Origin: Clostridia bacterium
GTDB taxonomy: Bacteria; Bacillota; Clostridia; Oscillospirales; CAG-272
Direction: 5' to 3'
Assembly (NCBI GenBank): GCA_017453285.1
Contig: JAFTKL010000008.1
Coordinates: forward strand, 14,434-78,433
DNA length: 64,000 nucleotides
In this document: positions 51,179 through 61,062 of the stretch, one piece after another
Numbering within the stretch: the stretch's first letter is position 1
Layout of the letters: every line of letters begins with the position of its first letter
Made by a program: the position numbers and the translations under genes
Notes under the pieces: generated by a model
Databases searched by the model: none
Told to the model about the DNA's origin: nothing
Seen by the model: the letters and a program-made list of their open reading frames with translations, nothing else

Positions 51179-51216
51179 TTTTTCTTCCTTTCGCCAAAAT
51201 TTTAAAAAATAGTTAG

Positions 51217-51256
51217 TTACCTAAGTAATTATATCTCAACGTTCCCTATTTGTCAA
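51217..51256 (-). promoter_or_regulatory. Sigma-A promoter of the MarR operon, plus a candidate MarR box
   Basis: On the minus strand: TTGACA (51256-51251), 17-nt spacer, TATAAT (51233-51228). The near-palindrome TTACTTAGGTAA (51228-51217) lies at the predicted transcription start. Confidence 0.55.
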
Positions 51257-51435
51257 TAGGTGCGCGCTATTTTGAGCGAGCGATCAAGGAATTATTTTTT
51301 TCTGTTTTGATTTTAAACCCACAATTGAAACATATTTCAACGGTTGCTTTTTCTCTTTTCGCAAATGCTAATATTGTATCCGAAAATTTTCGGCATACTC
51401 CCGTTCTTTATCAAATTCAATAAAGAGGAAAAATT

Positions 51436-52605
51436 ATGAGAAGAAAATTCAAAAGATTTTGCACTCTGGCGCTCGCGCTTCTCCTGCTTGGTGCCCTGAT
51501 CCCGTCAGGCAGAGAGAGGCTCTCAAGCATAGCCGCCTCGGTCAGCGACGCGTTCTCGCAGAGCTTTGACGCTGACGACTACAGAGAGGTCATGATCGAG
51601 CCCGACGTGCTCACGGGCAGCGGCTACGCAACGCTGACCAAGAATGAGCTCAAGTCTCTGCGCCTCTACCCCGGCGGCACACCATTCGGCGTGAAGTTTA
51701 TGACCGAGGGCGTGCTCGTGGTCGGATTTTGCGACGTCGACACGAGCTCGGGACGCGTAAATCCCTCGAGCAACGCGGGGCTCTCGGTAGGCGACCGCAT
51801 AATCTCGCTCAACGGCAAGAGGATCTCAGGATCAGCCGAGCTCTCGCAGATAGTCGAGAGCAGCGCGGGCAAGAGCATCTCGATCGTCTACCGCCGCGGC
51901 GGCAGCGAGCACACCGCAACACTGACTCCTGCCTATTCGGTCAGCGAGGGCTGTTATAAGACCGGCGCGTACGTCAAGGACAACGGCGCGGGCATCGGCA
52001 CCGTGACCTATATCCTGCCAAACTCGCTTGAGTTCGGCGGACTCGGACACGGAATCTGCGAGGGCGACGGCGGTAAGCTCGTGCCTATCTCGCGAGGATC
52101 GGTTGTAAACGTCGGCATCGACGGAGTTGAAAAGGGCGAGTGCGGCAACCCCGGCGAGCTCCGCGGACACTTCAAGTCGGGCAAGAGCGGCTCGCTTTTG
52201 CAGAACACCGACTGCGGCGTGTTCGGCGTTCTCGCATCTCTCCCCGAAGGGCTCCCGAGCGAGCCGCTCTACCTTGGTCTGCGAGAGGACGTAAAGGAGG
52301 GGCGCGCGTATATCTGGTCAACGCTTGAAGGATGCGTACCGAGAAAATACGAGATCGAGATATCGAACATCGACCGAAGCGCCACCGCAGGCAAGTGCTT
52401 TACCGTCAAGATCACCGATAAGGATCTCATCGCAACGAGCGGCGGCATCGTTCAGGGAATGAGCGGCTCGCCGATAATCCAGAACGGCAAGCTCGTCGGA
52501 GCCGTCACGCACGTTATGATCAACGATCCCACATCCGGCTACGGAATATTCATCGAGAATATGCTCAATGCCGCGCAGAGTCAAGTAATGCCCAAAGTTG
52601 CTTAG
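51436..52605 (+). CDS. spoIVB: Stage IV sporulation protein B (S55 signal peptidase)
   Basis: It has an N-terminal anchor and a PDZ-like region (GLSVGDRIISLNG). The S55 catalytic region reads GIVQGMSGSPIIQNGKLVGAVTHV. Confidence 0.9.
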   Translation: MRRKFKRFCTLALALLLLGALIPSGRERLSSIAASVSDAFSQSFDADDYREVMIEPDVLTGSGYATLTKNELKSLRLYPGGTPFGVKFMTEGVLVVGFCDVDTSSGRVNPSSNAGLSVGDRIISLNGKRISGSAELSQIVESSAGKSISIVYRRGGSEHTATLTPAYSVSEGCYKTGAYVKDNGAGIGTVTYILPNSLEFGGLGHGICEGDGGKLVPISRGSVVNVGIDGVEKGECGNPGELRGHFKSGKSGSLLQNTDCGVFGVLASLPEGLPSEPLYLGLREDVKEGRAYIWSTLEGCVPRKYEIEISNIDRSATAGKCFTVKITDKDLIATSGGIVQGMSGSPIIQNGKLVGAVTHVMINDPTSGYGIFIENMLNAAQSQVMPKVA

Positions 52606-52648
52606 AAAAAAGGCAATACCACTTTTTGAGTGGTATTGCCTTCTTAAA

Positions 52649-53416
52649 TTATTTATAATTTTTCGGAGAAACGCCAAAGCGTTTCTTAAACTCCCGCGAA
52701 AAATGACAGGGCTCGGCATAGCCGCACATCTGCGCCGCCTCGGCGACACCCACCTCACCCGAGGATAAAAGCTGCTTTGCGTACTCCATTCTTAGCGATA
52801 TCATATACTCCTTTGGACTTACTCCAAACTTTTTTTCAAATACTTTCCGCAAATAGACCTCGCTCACTCCGCAAAGCTGAGCAAGATGCGACACACTCAG
52901 ATCATTATCGGTAAATCGAGCATCAAGTGCCGCTACTGCGGGCAAAATTTTTCGCTCTGTTTCCTTGCCAATATACTGCTCTGAATTCTCCTGCCCCCTG
53001 TGTATACTTTCATATAGCGCGACCATTGCCGCGGCGCTACGCGCAGGCGACTGTCGCATCCACTCGTCGCACGCAATCTTGAAACTCCTGCGCAGCTTAT
53101 CCCTACCCTTGGGCTTTAAGCAAAACGGCTCGTCCTCGATATCTGCCTCAAAGTTGATGGCATGGCAGCCGCCCCTACGTACGTCTTTTACAAAATACGA
53201 CGAGCCACGTGGCAGATAGAAAAGGCAACCGCCCTCGGTGCGCATAACTCTTCCGTCAGAGAAGAAATAATCCTTGACGGCATCATCGTCATTTATCACG
53301 AAGCCGTGATACGCTCTGTTCTTATGTGCGCTTTTTCCGCCACCTGCCGGTACGTATACTGCACCGCACACACAAAAAATAACGGTATCCTTCCATTTAT
53401 CGATCATTTTCATCAC
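52649..53416 (-). CDS. AraC-family transcriptional regulator
   Basis: It has an N-terminal cupin-like domain. The C-terminal HTH pair reads LAQLCGVSEVYLRKVFEKKFGVSPKEY ... AAQMCGYAEPCHFSREFKKRFGVSP. It is divergent from the GRE gene. Confidence 0.85.
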   Translation of the reverse strand: MMKMIDKWKDTVIFCVCGAVYVPAGGGKSAHKNRAYHGFVINDDDAVKDYFFSDGRVMRTEGGCLFYLPRGSSYFVKDVRRGGCHAINFEADIEDEPFCLKPKGRDKLRRSFKIACDEWMRQSPARSAAAMVALYESIHRGQENSEQYIGKETERKILPAVAALDARFTDNDLSVSHLAQLCGVSEVYLRKVFEKKFGVSPKEYMISLRMEYAKQLLSSGEVGVAEAAQMCGYAEPCHFSREFKKRFGVSPKNYK

Positions 53417-53530
53417 CTCGGATATATTATATATTTTTGTTTCGATTTTGTCAAGTGTTTTCTTTTATTCATTTACTAATAAATCTTCATATGATATAAT
53501 TAAGCAAAACCCAAAGGAGAGATTTCAGGT

Positions 53531-55753
53531 ATGTATATGATCAAAAATGAAGATTACGAATATATCAGAAACAAATATCACGATACTTCGCGTCCGTTTG
53601 ATCCTTTTAATAGATTTATCCGCCGCGACGACCTTTTTTCATCGGAAACGGGGATGGATCCCGATCAGATCCTTGCGCATATACCCGTGCAGGACGCCGA
53701 GCACGCGAGAGAGAGCCATCCCGTAAGAAAGGCATACGCGTTGTCATTTGTTTTGAAAAACACAAGAATTTCCTGCGATCCACGTGATATTTTCCCCGCG
53801 ATCAATATGGTAGACAGACCGCTCCGAGAAGCTCTCATTGAAAAATGGAAAAAGGAGATCTTCACGAACTTTATCCCGGAGGTTGCTGCAAGGCGCGCTC
53901 AGCTTGAGAATGACGGCATCGTAACTATGTGGCTGGATTATGACCACAGTGTTCCTGTTTGGGATCGCATTTTCGAGGTGGGCTTTGAGGGACTTTTGCG
54001 CGAAAGCGAAGCTGCGCGTGCGAACAGAGAGCTTTCGCCTGAGCAGAATGATTTTTTTGAGGGTATCCGGATCACCTACGAAGGAGTGCTTACTTTTTTG
54101 GAGCGTCTCTCTGTACTCGCAAGCAATACCAAGGGTTCTGAAAAAATGGCGGCGGCGCTTAAAAACATCCGTCACCGTCCGCCGAGCACCTTTTATGAGG
54201 CGCTTCTTACCGTGTACCTTTATTTTATGATAAGCGAGCATATCGATTGTCTTCAGGTACGCTCTCTGTCGAATTTTGACAGACTGTTTTTGCCTTTTTA
54301 TCAAAGTGATTTGACCAACGGCGTTAGCGAAGAAGAGATTCGGGCAGACCTTGCGTATTTTTTGATGCAATTTACCGCTATCGGCAATTATTGGAATCAA
54401 CCGATCTTTCTCGGCGGAGAGAATGCTGACGGCTCTACGGTAATAAGTGAGCTTTCATATCTGTTTTTGGACGTCTATGACAAAATGAAGATCTATAATC
54501 CAAAGGTGCAGATAAAGGTGTCCGATAGCACACCCAAGTCTTTTTTGCTCCGCGCGCTTGATATGATACGTCACGGACACAACAGTATTGTATTTGTGTG
54601 CGACAACACGATGCGCAAAGAGTTGATGCTCGCGGGCGCGAGCGAGGATGAAGCGCGTCTTTGCAACGTGACAGGCTGCTACGAATATTCGCTTCGCGGC
54701 TCTTACGGCACGGGAATGAACTATTCAAACCTCTTAAAGCCCTTGGAATACACCTTGCACGAGGGGCGCGACGGAGTTACGGGAGTAATGGCAGGACTTC
54801 CTTGTCCGCCTGCTTCGGAGTATGAAAGCTTTGATGAATTCTATGCGGAATATAAGCGTCAGCTGAAGAATTTGATAGATATCACGACTGCAGTCAACAA
54901 CTCGTACGATGAATATCTTTGCGAGATCAATCCTCTGTCCTTTCTCTCGGCAACCTTCCCAAGCTGTATCGAGCGCGCAAGAGATGCGATAGGCGGCGGT
55001 GCCGTTATGAACAACACCACGATGGCATTCGGTTTTATTGCCGATCTCGCCGATTCTCTTACAATGCTGCAAAAATATGTTTTCGAGCGCAAAGAACTTA
55101 CACTCCCCGCATTTGTTGAGATGCTTGATCACAATTTTGAAGGAAATGAGAATTTCCGCGCAAAGCTGCGCGCAGACCGCGAAAAATACGGCAACAACAA
55201 AGAGCGTCCCGACGCCTTTGCAACCGATATCGTGAATTTTATCATTGAAACTATCGGAGACCGGCCGAACAGCGAAAAACGCGGAGGCAAATGGGGAGCC
55301 AGCTTCCACGTTGCGCGTATGAGCTACACACAGGGCAAGCTTACAGCTTCCTCACCAAACGGCAGACTTTACGGAGAAGAGCTTTCAAAAAATCTCTCGG
55401 CGTCTATGGGACAGAACCGCGAAGGAGCAACAGCAGCCATTCTTTCCGTCACGAAGATCGACGCTACAAAGATACGGTGCGACGCGCCGCTCGACCTCGG
55501 TCTGCTCCCATCGGCAGTCAAGGGAGAGGACGGTCTTGAGGCAATGTACGGTCTGCTTATGACCTTCTGCAGACGCGGCGGCCATGCGATCCATATCAAT
55601 GTGTTTGATGCCGACACCCTCCGCGATGCACAAGCGCACCCCGAAAAATATCAGGACCTGCAGATAAGAGTCTGCGGTTGGAACGTGCTATGGAATAACA
55701 TAAATAAAGAAGAGCAGGACGGATTCATCCGTCAAGCGGAGGCACTTATATGA
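53531..55753 (+). CDS. Glycyl radical enzyme (PFL2/dehydratase-like), substrate unknown
   Basis: The C-terminal glycyl-radical motif is IRVCGWNV (Gly codon at 55676-55678). The Cys-loop is NVTGCYEY (Cys codon at 54677-54679). It is followed by an overlapping activase gene. At 740 aa it is shorter than the roughly 800-850-aa GREs I know. Confidence 0.85.
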   Translation: MYMIKNEDYEYIRNKYHDTSRPFDPFNRFIRRDDLFSSETGMDPDQILAHIPVQDAEHARESHPVRKAYALSFVLKNTRISCDPRDIFPAINMVDRPLREALIEKWKKEIFTNFIPEVAARRAQLENDGIVTMWLDYDHSVPVWDRIFEVGFEGLLRESEAARANRELSPEQNDFFEGIRITYEGVLTFLERLSVLASNTKGSEKMAAALKNIRHRPPSTFYEALLTVYLYFMISEHIDCLQVRSLSNFDRLFLPFYQSDLTNGVSEEEIRADLAYFLMQFTAIGNYWNQPIFLGGENADGSTVISELSYLFLDVYDKMKIYNPKVQIKVSDSTPKSFLLRALDMIRHGHNSIVFVCDNTMRKELMLAGASEDEARLCNVTGCYEYSLRGSYGTGMNYSNLLKPLEYTLHEGRDGVTGVMAGLPCPPASEYESFDEFYAEYKRQLKNLIDITTAVNNSYDEYLCEINPLSFLSATFPSCIERARDAIGGGAVMNNTTMAFGFIADLADSLTMLQKYVFERKELTLPAFVEMLDHNFEGNENFRAKLRADREKYGNNKERPDAFATDIVNFIIETIGDRPNSEKRGGKWGASFHVARMSYTQGKLTASSPNGRLYGEELSKNLSASMGQNREGATAAILSVTKIDATKIRCDAPLDLGLLPSAVKGEDGLEAMYGLLMTFCRRGGHAIHINVFDADTLRDAQAHPEKYQDLQIRVCGWNVLWNNINKEEQDGFIRQAEALI

Positions 55754-56571
55754 CCGCAACAATATTTGAAATCAAACGCTTTGCCGTCCACGACGGCGAC
55801 GGGATACGAACTACGGTATTTTTCAAGGGATGTCCACTGCGTTGCGTGTGGTGCCATAATCCCGAAGGACTTTCGGCAAAGTATGAGGTTGGCTTTTATG
55901 AGCACAAATGCATAGGCTGCGGTGAATGCAAAAAAGATAATTTTGAGGTTTCGGACTGTCTTGGCAATGCGCGTGTAGAATACGGTAAGGAAATAAGCGT
56001 TTCCGAGATTTTGCCCCTGCTACTTGAAGATAAGGAATTCTACGATAATTCAGAAGGCGGTGTTACCCTTTCAGGTGGCGAATGTCTTATTCAAGCCGAC
56101 TTCTGCGCTGAACTTTTGAAGGAATTAAAAAGGCTGGGCATCCATACCGCCGTGGATACCTGCGGTTTTGTATCAAGAAATGCTTTAGACAAGGTCATTC
56201 CATACACCGACGTATTTCTTTACGATGTCAAGGCATACGACGAGGATGTACATATCAGATGCACGGGGGTATCGAACAAACAAATACTTGAGAATTTGAA
56301 ATCTTTGAATATGCTGGACAAGAAAATTGAAATTCGCATTCCATACGTTCCCGACTATAACGACGGTCAGATTGAGAAAATTGCTTGCTTTCTCGCCCCT
56401 CTCAAGAACATCACAAAAATACGTGTATTACCGTATCACAATTATGCGGGATCAAAATATGAAGCATTGAACCTTCCGGACGCACTTCCAAATAGATTGC
56501 CCACGGACGAAGAAATAAAAATAGCCGCAGAAAAGATAAAAGTTATCACAAATTTTGTTGTCATTTCTTGA
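55750..56571 (+). CDS. Glycyl-radical-enzyme activating enzyme (radical SAM)
   Basis: It shows CPLRCVWCHNPE (CxxxCxxC) and an extra ferredoxin-like CIGCGECKK. An ATGA overlap couples it to the GRE gene. Confidence 0.9.
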   Translation: MTATIFEIKRFAVHDGDGIRTTVFFKGCPLRCVWCHNPEGLSAKYEVGFYEHKCIGCGECKKDNFEVSDCLGNARVEYGKEISVSEILPLLLEDKEFYDNSEGGVTLSGGECLIQADFCAELLKELKRLGIHTAVDTCGFVSRNALDKVIPYTDVFLYDVKAYDEDVHIRCTGVSNKQILENLKSLNMLDKKIEIRIPYVPDYNDGQIEKIACFLAPLKNITKIRVLPYHNYAGSKYEALNLPDALPNRLPTDEEIKIAAEKIKVITNFVVIS

Positions 56572-56670
56572 AAATATGCTCGCGGCGGCGTAGTTCTAAT
56601 AAAAATAATCCCTTATATAGCCTGCAAGGAGTTATATAAGGGATTATTCTCTTATTTGGGATGACAATTT

Positions 56671-57801
56671 TTATTCTTCAAAAATCACTCGATTTATGAA
56701 AATACTGTTATCGCTGCCGTATTTTGCGCACGCGTCCCAGCCGTGCGGATCGTTCTGCATCCACTCAGCCGCGTAGATATAGCCCTCGCTTTCGGAATAT
56801 GACTGACAGCCGAAGTTCCCGAGCCGCGCGCCTCTCTCGGCGACCGCGATCTGCTCGGTCGAGCGGATGACGCACATTCTCTCGGGATCGAATTCGGCAA
56901 TAAAGAGCGGTGCGCGGTGGCGGAAGATGTGGTCGTTCACACCCGCTCTACGCGTGTAGACGAGCCAGAGTTTGCCGCCGCCCGTCAGCCAATGCTGCTG
57001 GGTGTTGTAGTTACCTATATTCTCGCCGTCGTCAAAGCAGAGCTCGCGCGCGTCCTCGAAATGCAAGCCGTCAGAGCTTTTGGTAACAAATCCCGTCACG
57101 TCGTTGCGCAGGGTGAGGAAATATTCGTCCTTATGCTTTATTATCGACGGTTCGTCAAAGCCGCGCGGAACGTCAATGCTGAGCGCGTGCCCTATCTCGA
57201 TCACGCGTATGCTCCCGCCGTCAAACGAGCAACGCATCACGGCGGCATCCGAGCAAGCGTCACCTCCTGTGCACTTTTCGTAGGAGCGGTAGTATATCGG
57301 GATAAGCAGCTCGCCCGACTCGGTCTCGAGTATCTGCGAGCATCCCGCGCCTGCCGAGAAGTATGCCGCCTCGTCGGGCATCACGACGCTCTTCCATTTC
57401 CCGAAATCCTCACGCTCCTCGTCGTACACCGCATACGCGGTGCTCCTCGGGCGAGGATCCTTTAATATTTTATTATCCGCGCCGTAGACTACGGTATGCC
57501 CCGTGAGAATGATCTTGCCGCTCTTTTTGTGGTAAAACGGAGTCGCGTCGCTCATCACAACACTGCTACCGTCGGCAAAATATCTGCGAGCGAGTCCTCG
57601 GCAAAGCTTGGGGGCTGAGTAGCTCTTACCGCCGTCACGTGTGATCACTATCTCAATTCCGCTAAAGACGTCGCAACCCGAAATATCAAGCTTCTGCATC
57701 GTGACGATTCCGAAGCCGCAGGGCATCATCAGCCCTCTCGCGTGCACGTAACAGCGATCCTTTTCGCATTCCCATCTTACAGATCTGTTTTCTATTCTCA
57801 T
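56671..57801 (-). CDS. Hypothetical protein, possibly a sialidase/BNR-like beta-propeller (tentative)
   Basis: The start was moved to MRIENRSVRWE, which makes an ATGA overlap with the upstream AraC gene. One Asp-box-like TRDGGKSYS is present, and the composition looks beta-rich. The family call is weak. Confidence 0.35.
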   Translation of the reverse strand: MRIENRSVRWECEKDRCYVHARGLMMPCGFGIVTMQKLDISGCDVFSGIEIVITRDGGKSYSAPKLCRGLARRYFADGSSVVMSDATPFYHKKSGKIILTGHTVVYGADNKILKDPRPRSTAYAVYDEEREDFGKWKSVVMPDEAAYFSAGAGCSQILETESGELLIPIYYRSYEKCTGGDACSDAAVMRCSFDGGSIRVIEIGHALSIDVPRGFDEPSIIKHKDEYFLTLRNDVTGFVTKSSDGLHFEDARELCFDDGENIGNYNTQQHWLTGGGKLWLVYTRRAGVNDHIFRHRAPLFIAEFDPERMCVIRSTEQIAVAERGARLGNFGCQSYSESEGYIYAAEWMQNDPHGWDACAKYGSDNSIFINRVIFEE

Positions 57802-58637
57802 TTTGATCCTCTCTTTCTGTACTCGCTCGGAGAAACTCCGACGCATCTTTTGAACACGTTTGCAAAATAGGTCGAGTCGCAAAATCCGACAGAGAGCGCG
57901 ATCTCGGTCACGCTGAGTGACGAATAGCGCAAAAGCGTTTTCGCATCCTCTATCCTCAGCTCGCAAAGATACTCACGAAAGCTCTTGCCCGTGCTCCTCT
58001 TGAAGCTGTGGCTTATAGAAGAGCGACTGCAAGCGAATTCCTTGCATATATCCTCAAGCGTGATATTCTGCGTGTGATAGCGCTTTACGTAGCGCAGTAT
58101 TTTGCCCATCATCCCCTCTTCGTGTGTCGCAACACCCTCGGTGCGCAGATACGCAAGCTCGAGCATACTGCAAAGCGGCTGCACCAGCGTGTCGATGTAT
58201 TCCTTTGGCGGCATCTCTACCTTGAGACTTTGATATGCCTCACACAATCTCTCTTCGGGTATGTGGTAGGTCTGCGCCGTTCTTTTGATAAACGAGTCGG
58301 CATTCTCCGTGCGATATCCGCTGACCGAGATAAATCCGACCGTCTCGTGTCCGTTACTTATCGGGTATACGTACTCCGAAACACCCGCGAAGCACCTGCC
58401 GCAAAACGAGCCCTCGCGGCAACGCCCACGCACCTTGCTCTGCCGCTCGATACAGTGCTTTTGCGCGCGCTCGAAGGTCTTGATGTAAACACAATAGGGG
58501 TTGTCGTGAATATTGAAGGTGATAAGGTCGCTCAGACTTATCAGCGACTCGTTGCCGTATGGGTGAAGCGTGAGCGAGAGTCCGCACTCGCTCCGCAGAT
58601 AAAGTATGTAATTTTTTATGTCTTTTGTGTCGTACAT
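57798..58637 (-). CDS. AraC-family transcriptional regulator with a Cys-rich N-terminal sensor domain
   Basis: The C-terminal HTH reads ..LEDICKEFACSRSSISHSFKRSTGKSFREYL..VTEIALSVGFCDSTYFANVFKRCVGVSPSEY. The start is at MYDTKD (RBS AAGGAGAG). Confidence 0.85.
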   Translation of the reverse strand: MYDTKDIKNYILYLRSECGLSLTLHPYGNESLISLSDLITFNIHDNPYCVYIKTFERAQKHCIERQSKVRGRCREGSFCGRCFAGVSEYVYPISNGHETVGFISVSGYRTENADSFIKRTAQTYHIPEERLCEAYQSLKVEMPPKEYIDTLVQPLCSMLELAYLRTEGVATHEEGMMGKILRYVKRYHTQNITLEDICKEFACSRSSISHSFKRSTGKSFREYLCELRIEDAKTLLRYSSLSVTEIALSVGFCDSTYFANVFKRCVGVSPSEYRKRGSK

Positions 58638-58738
58638 AGTCTCTCCTTGCACGTTTTTACATAAATACAGCGCATAATCTAAGGAATACAGACTGTTTTT
58701 GTGCTATCATTATACCATAAGCTTTAGGAGGTTTCAAT

Positions 58739-60013
58739 ATGAAATACGAAATTGATCTGAAAATAAATTCGAGCTACGACGTTATCGTGGTAGGCTCGGG
58801 TCCTGCGGGAGTAGCGGCGGCTATCAGCTCGGGAAGAAACGGAGCGAGCACTCTGCTTATCGAGAGCTGTGGCAGAGTGGGCGGCATCTCGACCTCGGGA
58901 ATGATGAGTCATTTCACGGGCAGATGCGGAAATCCGCTCTACCGCGAGATACTGCAAAGATCCGCCGACAAGAACTATTTTGCGCCGGGCGAGGTTACGA
59001 AATACATTGACCCCGATATGCTCACGCTGACCTATATCGAGATGCTCGAGGAGGCGGGAGTAAAGACTCTGCTCTACACCACGTTCTGTGACGTTATGAT
59101 GGATGGCGAGAAAGTCACGGGTATCATCTGTCACTCAAAGGACGGATTTTCTGCTTTTGGCGCGAAGATCGTAATCGACGCGAGCGGAGACGGCGACGTA
59201 GCTTACAAGAGCGGTGCGGAATATATCAAGGGACGCGAGAGCGACGGCAAGATGCAGCCCGCAACGCTGATGTTCAAGGTCGGCGGAGTTGATATGGAGC
59301 GCGCGGTATTCCCCGGCTCGTTTGAGACGCTCGTTCCCACCGAGCGCGGAGAGCTTCAGGCGCTCGCAAAAGAGATACTTCCCCACCCCGCAGGTCACGT
59401 TCTGCTCTACCGATCGACCATCCCCGGCATCGTAACCTGCAATATGACCAACGTAACCGATATCGACGGCACTTCTGCCGAGGATCTGACACGCGCGGAG
59501 ACCGTATGCCGCAAGCAGATACCGCGCATAGTCAAATTTCTGCGTGAGTACGTCCCGGGATACGAGAACTGCTATATCATAGGCTCCGCATCGCTTATGG
59601 GAATTCGCGAGACAAGGCACTTCAAGGGAGTAAGCACCATAACCGAGCAGGAGATCTCTGCGGCAGCTCAGCACGAGGACGCGGTGGTGTTTGACGCACA
59701 CTTCAATTTTGACGTTCACAACATCACGGGCGCAGGACTTGATAAGACGGGCTGTCAGAAAAACTTCAAGCAACAGAACGGCTACACCATTCCTTACGGC
59801 TGTCTCGTTCCCGAGAGGATAGACGGACTTCTGCTCTCGGGCAGAAATATCTCGGGTACGCATATGGCACACTCTAACTTCCGAGTAATGCCGATATGCA
59901 TCGGCATCGGCGAGGCTTGCGGAGTCGCGGCGGCTCTCGCATCGAAAAGCGGCAGACAGCCGCGAGAGATAGATGCCGCAGAGATACGCGCGGTAATACT
60001 TAAAGAGATATGA
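58739..60013 (+). CDS. FAD-dependent oxidoreductase (FAD_oxidored/GIDA-like)
   Basis: It shows YDVIVVGSGPAGVAAAISSGRNGASTLLIE (GxGxxG plus acidic end). The RBS is AGGAGG. Confidence 0.8.
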   Translation: MKYEIDLKINSSYDVIVVGSGPAGVAAAISSGRNGASTLLIESCGRVGGISTSGMMSHFTGRCGNPLYREILQRSADKNYFAPGEVTKYIDPDMLTLTYIEMLEEAGVKTLLYTTFCDVMMDGEKVTGIICHSKDGFSAFGAKIVIDASGDGDVAYKSGAEYIKGRESDGKMQPATLMFKVGGVDMERAVFPGSFETLVPTERGELQALAKEILPHPAGHVLLYRSTIPGIVTCNMTNVTDIDGTSAEDLTRAETVCRKQIPRIVKFLREYVPGYENCYIIGSASLMGIRETRHFKGVSTITEQEISAAAQHEDAVVFDAHFNFDVHNITGAGLDKTGCQKNFKQQNGYTIPYGCLVPERIDGLLLSGRNISGTHMAHSNFRVMPICIGIGEACGVAAALASKSGRQPREIDAAEIRAVILKEI

Positions 60014-61062
60014 TTAGAATTCACGGTGATTTTATCGGCGGAAACATCCGCGTAAGTGAGATATACGGCGATAGAGTCTTGCTCCAAAACGAGCTTCGCG
60101 ACACGGTCGGCGATTGGTTCTATTGGGCATTCTGCGTCGAGGGCGCAGAGGGGCGCGAGCTGCGCTTTGAGCTTGGACAAAACCGCATCGGATACTTTGG
60201 ACCTGCAGTAAGCTATGACCTTTGCGAGTGGCATTGGCTCGGCAAGTGCGAGGGCAACTCATTCGTATACCACTTTGGCGAGAACGAAAGCCGCGTATAT
60301 TTTGCGCATCATATGCTCTACCACCCCGCGCGCTTCTTCTCGCTCTGTCAGCGGCTCGGACTTCAGACAGACGAGCTCTGCAAGAGCCGCAAGGGGCGCA
60401 GCGTTCCCTGCCTCTATATCGGTGAGGGCAAGCGCAGTATTATCTTTTGCGCGCGCCACCACGCCTGCGAGTCAACGGGCAGCTACGTCATGGAGGGCAT
60501 TATTGAAGAGCTGGCAAGCTCTCCTATCGAGAACGCGCGCTCTCTCTTCGTTCCGTTCGTAGATTTCGACGGAGTGGTCGACGGAGATCAGGGGAAAAGC
60601 CGCTATCCGCACGACCACAACCGCGACTACACGGACGAGCCGCTCTACCCCGAGGTGCGCGCCATCTGCGAATATCGTGAAAAGCACGGCTCCACACTCG
60701 GCTTTGATCTTCATTCCCCTTGGCACAAGGGCGGAGTCAACGACAAGATCTTTGTCGTGCGCAATATGTGCGAGAAGGCTCACAGATTTGACGAATTCTC
60801 GGCTCTGCTCGAGTCCGAGATCACCGAAAGCTCGATGAAATATTCGCACACCAACGATTTCCCACCGCTCACCGCCTGGAATCAGCCGAGTGCGAATTTT
60901 GCCTATACGACAAACTCTCGCCCCGATTGCCGCCTCGCCTTCTCGCTTGAGAGCGCGTATTTCGGCACCGAGGACGATCGCGTATCGGGCGCGAAGCTTG
61001 TCGAGCTCGGCAGATGCTTTGCAAGAGCGGTCAAAAAATACTTTTTGGAGGCAGAGATATGA
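60010..61062 (+). CDS. M14-like zinc carboxypeptidase-fold protein (tentative)
   Basis: It shows an HxxE motif (ARHHACES) and a downstream NRDY. ATGA overlaps couple it to both flanking FAD genes. Confidence 0.5.
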   Translation: MIRIHGDFIGGNIRVSEIYGDRVLLQNELRDTVGDWFYWAFCVEGAEGRELRFELGQNRIGYFGPAVSYDLCEWHWLGKCEGNSFVYHFGENESRVYFAHHMLYHPARFFSLCQRLGLQTDELCKSRKGRSVPCLYIGEGKRSIIFCARHHACESTGSYVMEGIIEELASSPIENARSLFVPFVDFDGVVDGDQGKSRYPHDHNRDYTDEPLYPEVRAICEYREKHGSTLGFDLHSPWHKGGVNDKIFVVRNMCEKAHRFDEFSALLESEITESSMKYSHTNDFPPLTAWNQPSANFAYTTNSRPDCRLAFSLESAYFGTEDDRVSGAKLVELGRCFARAVKKYFLEAEI

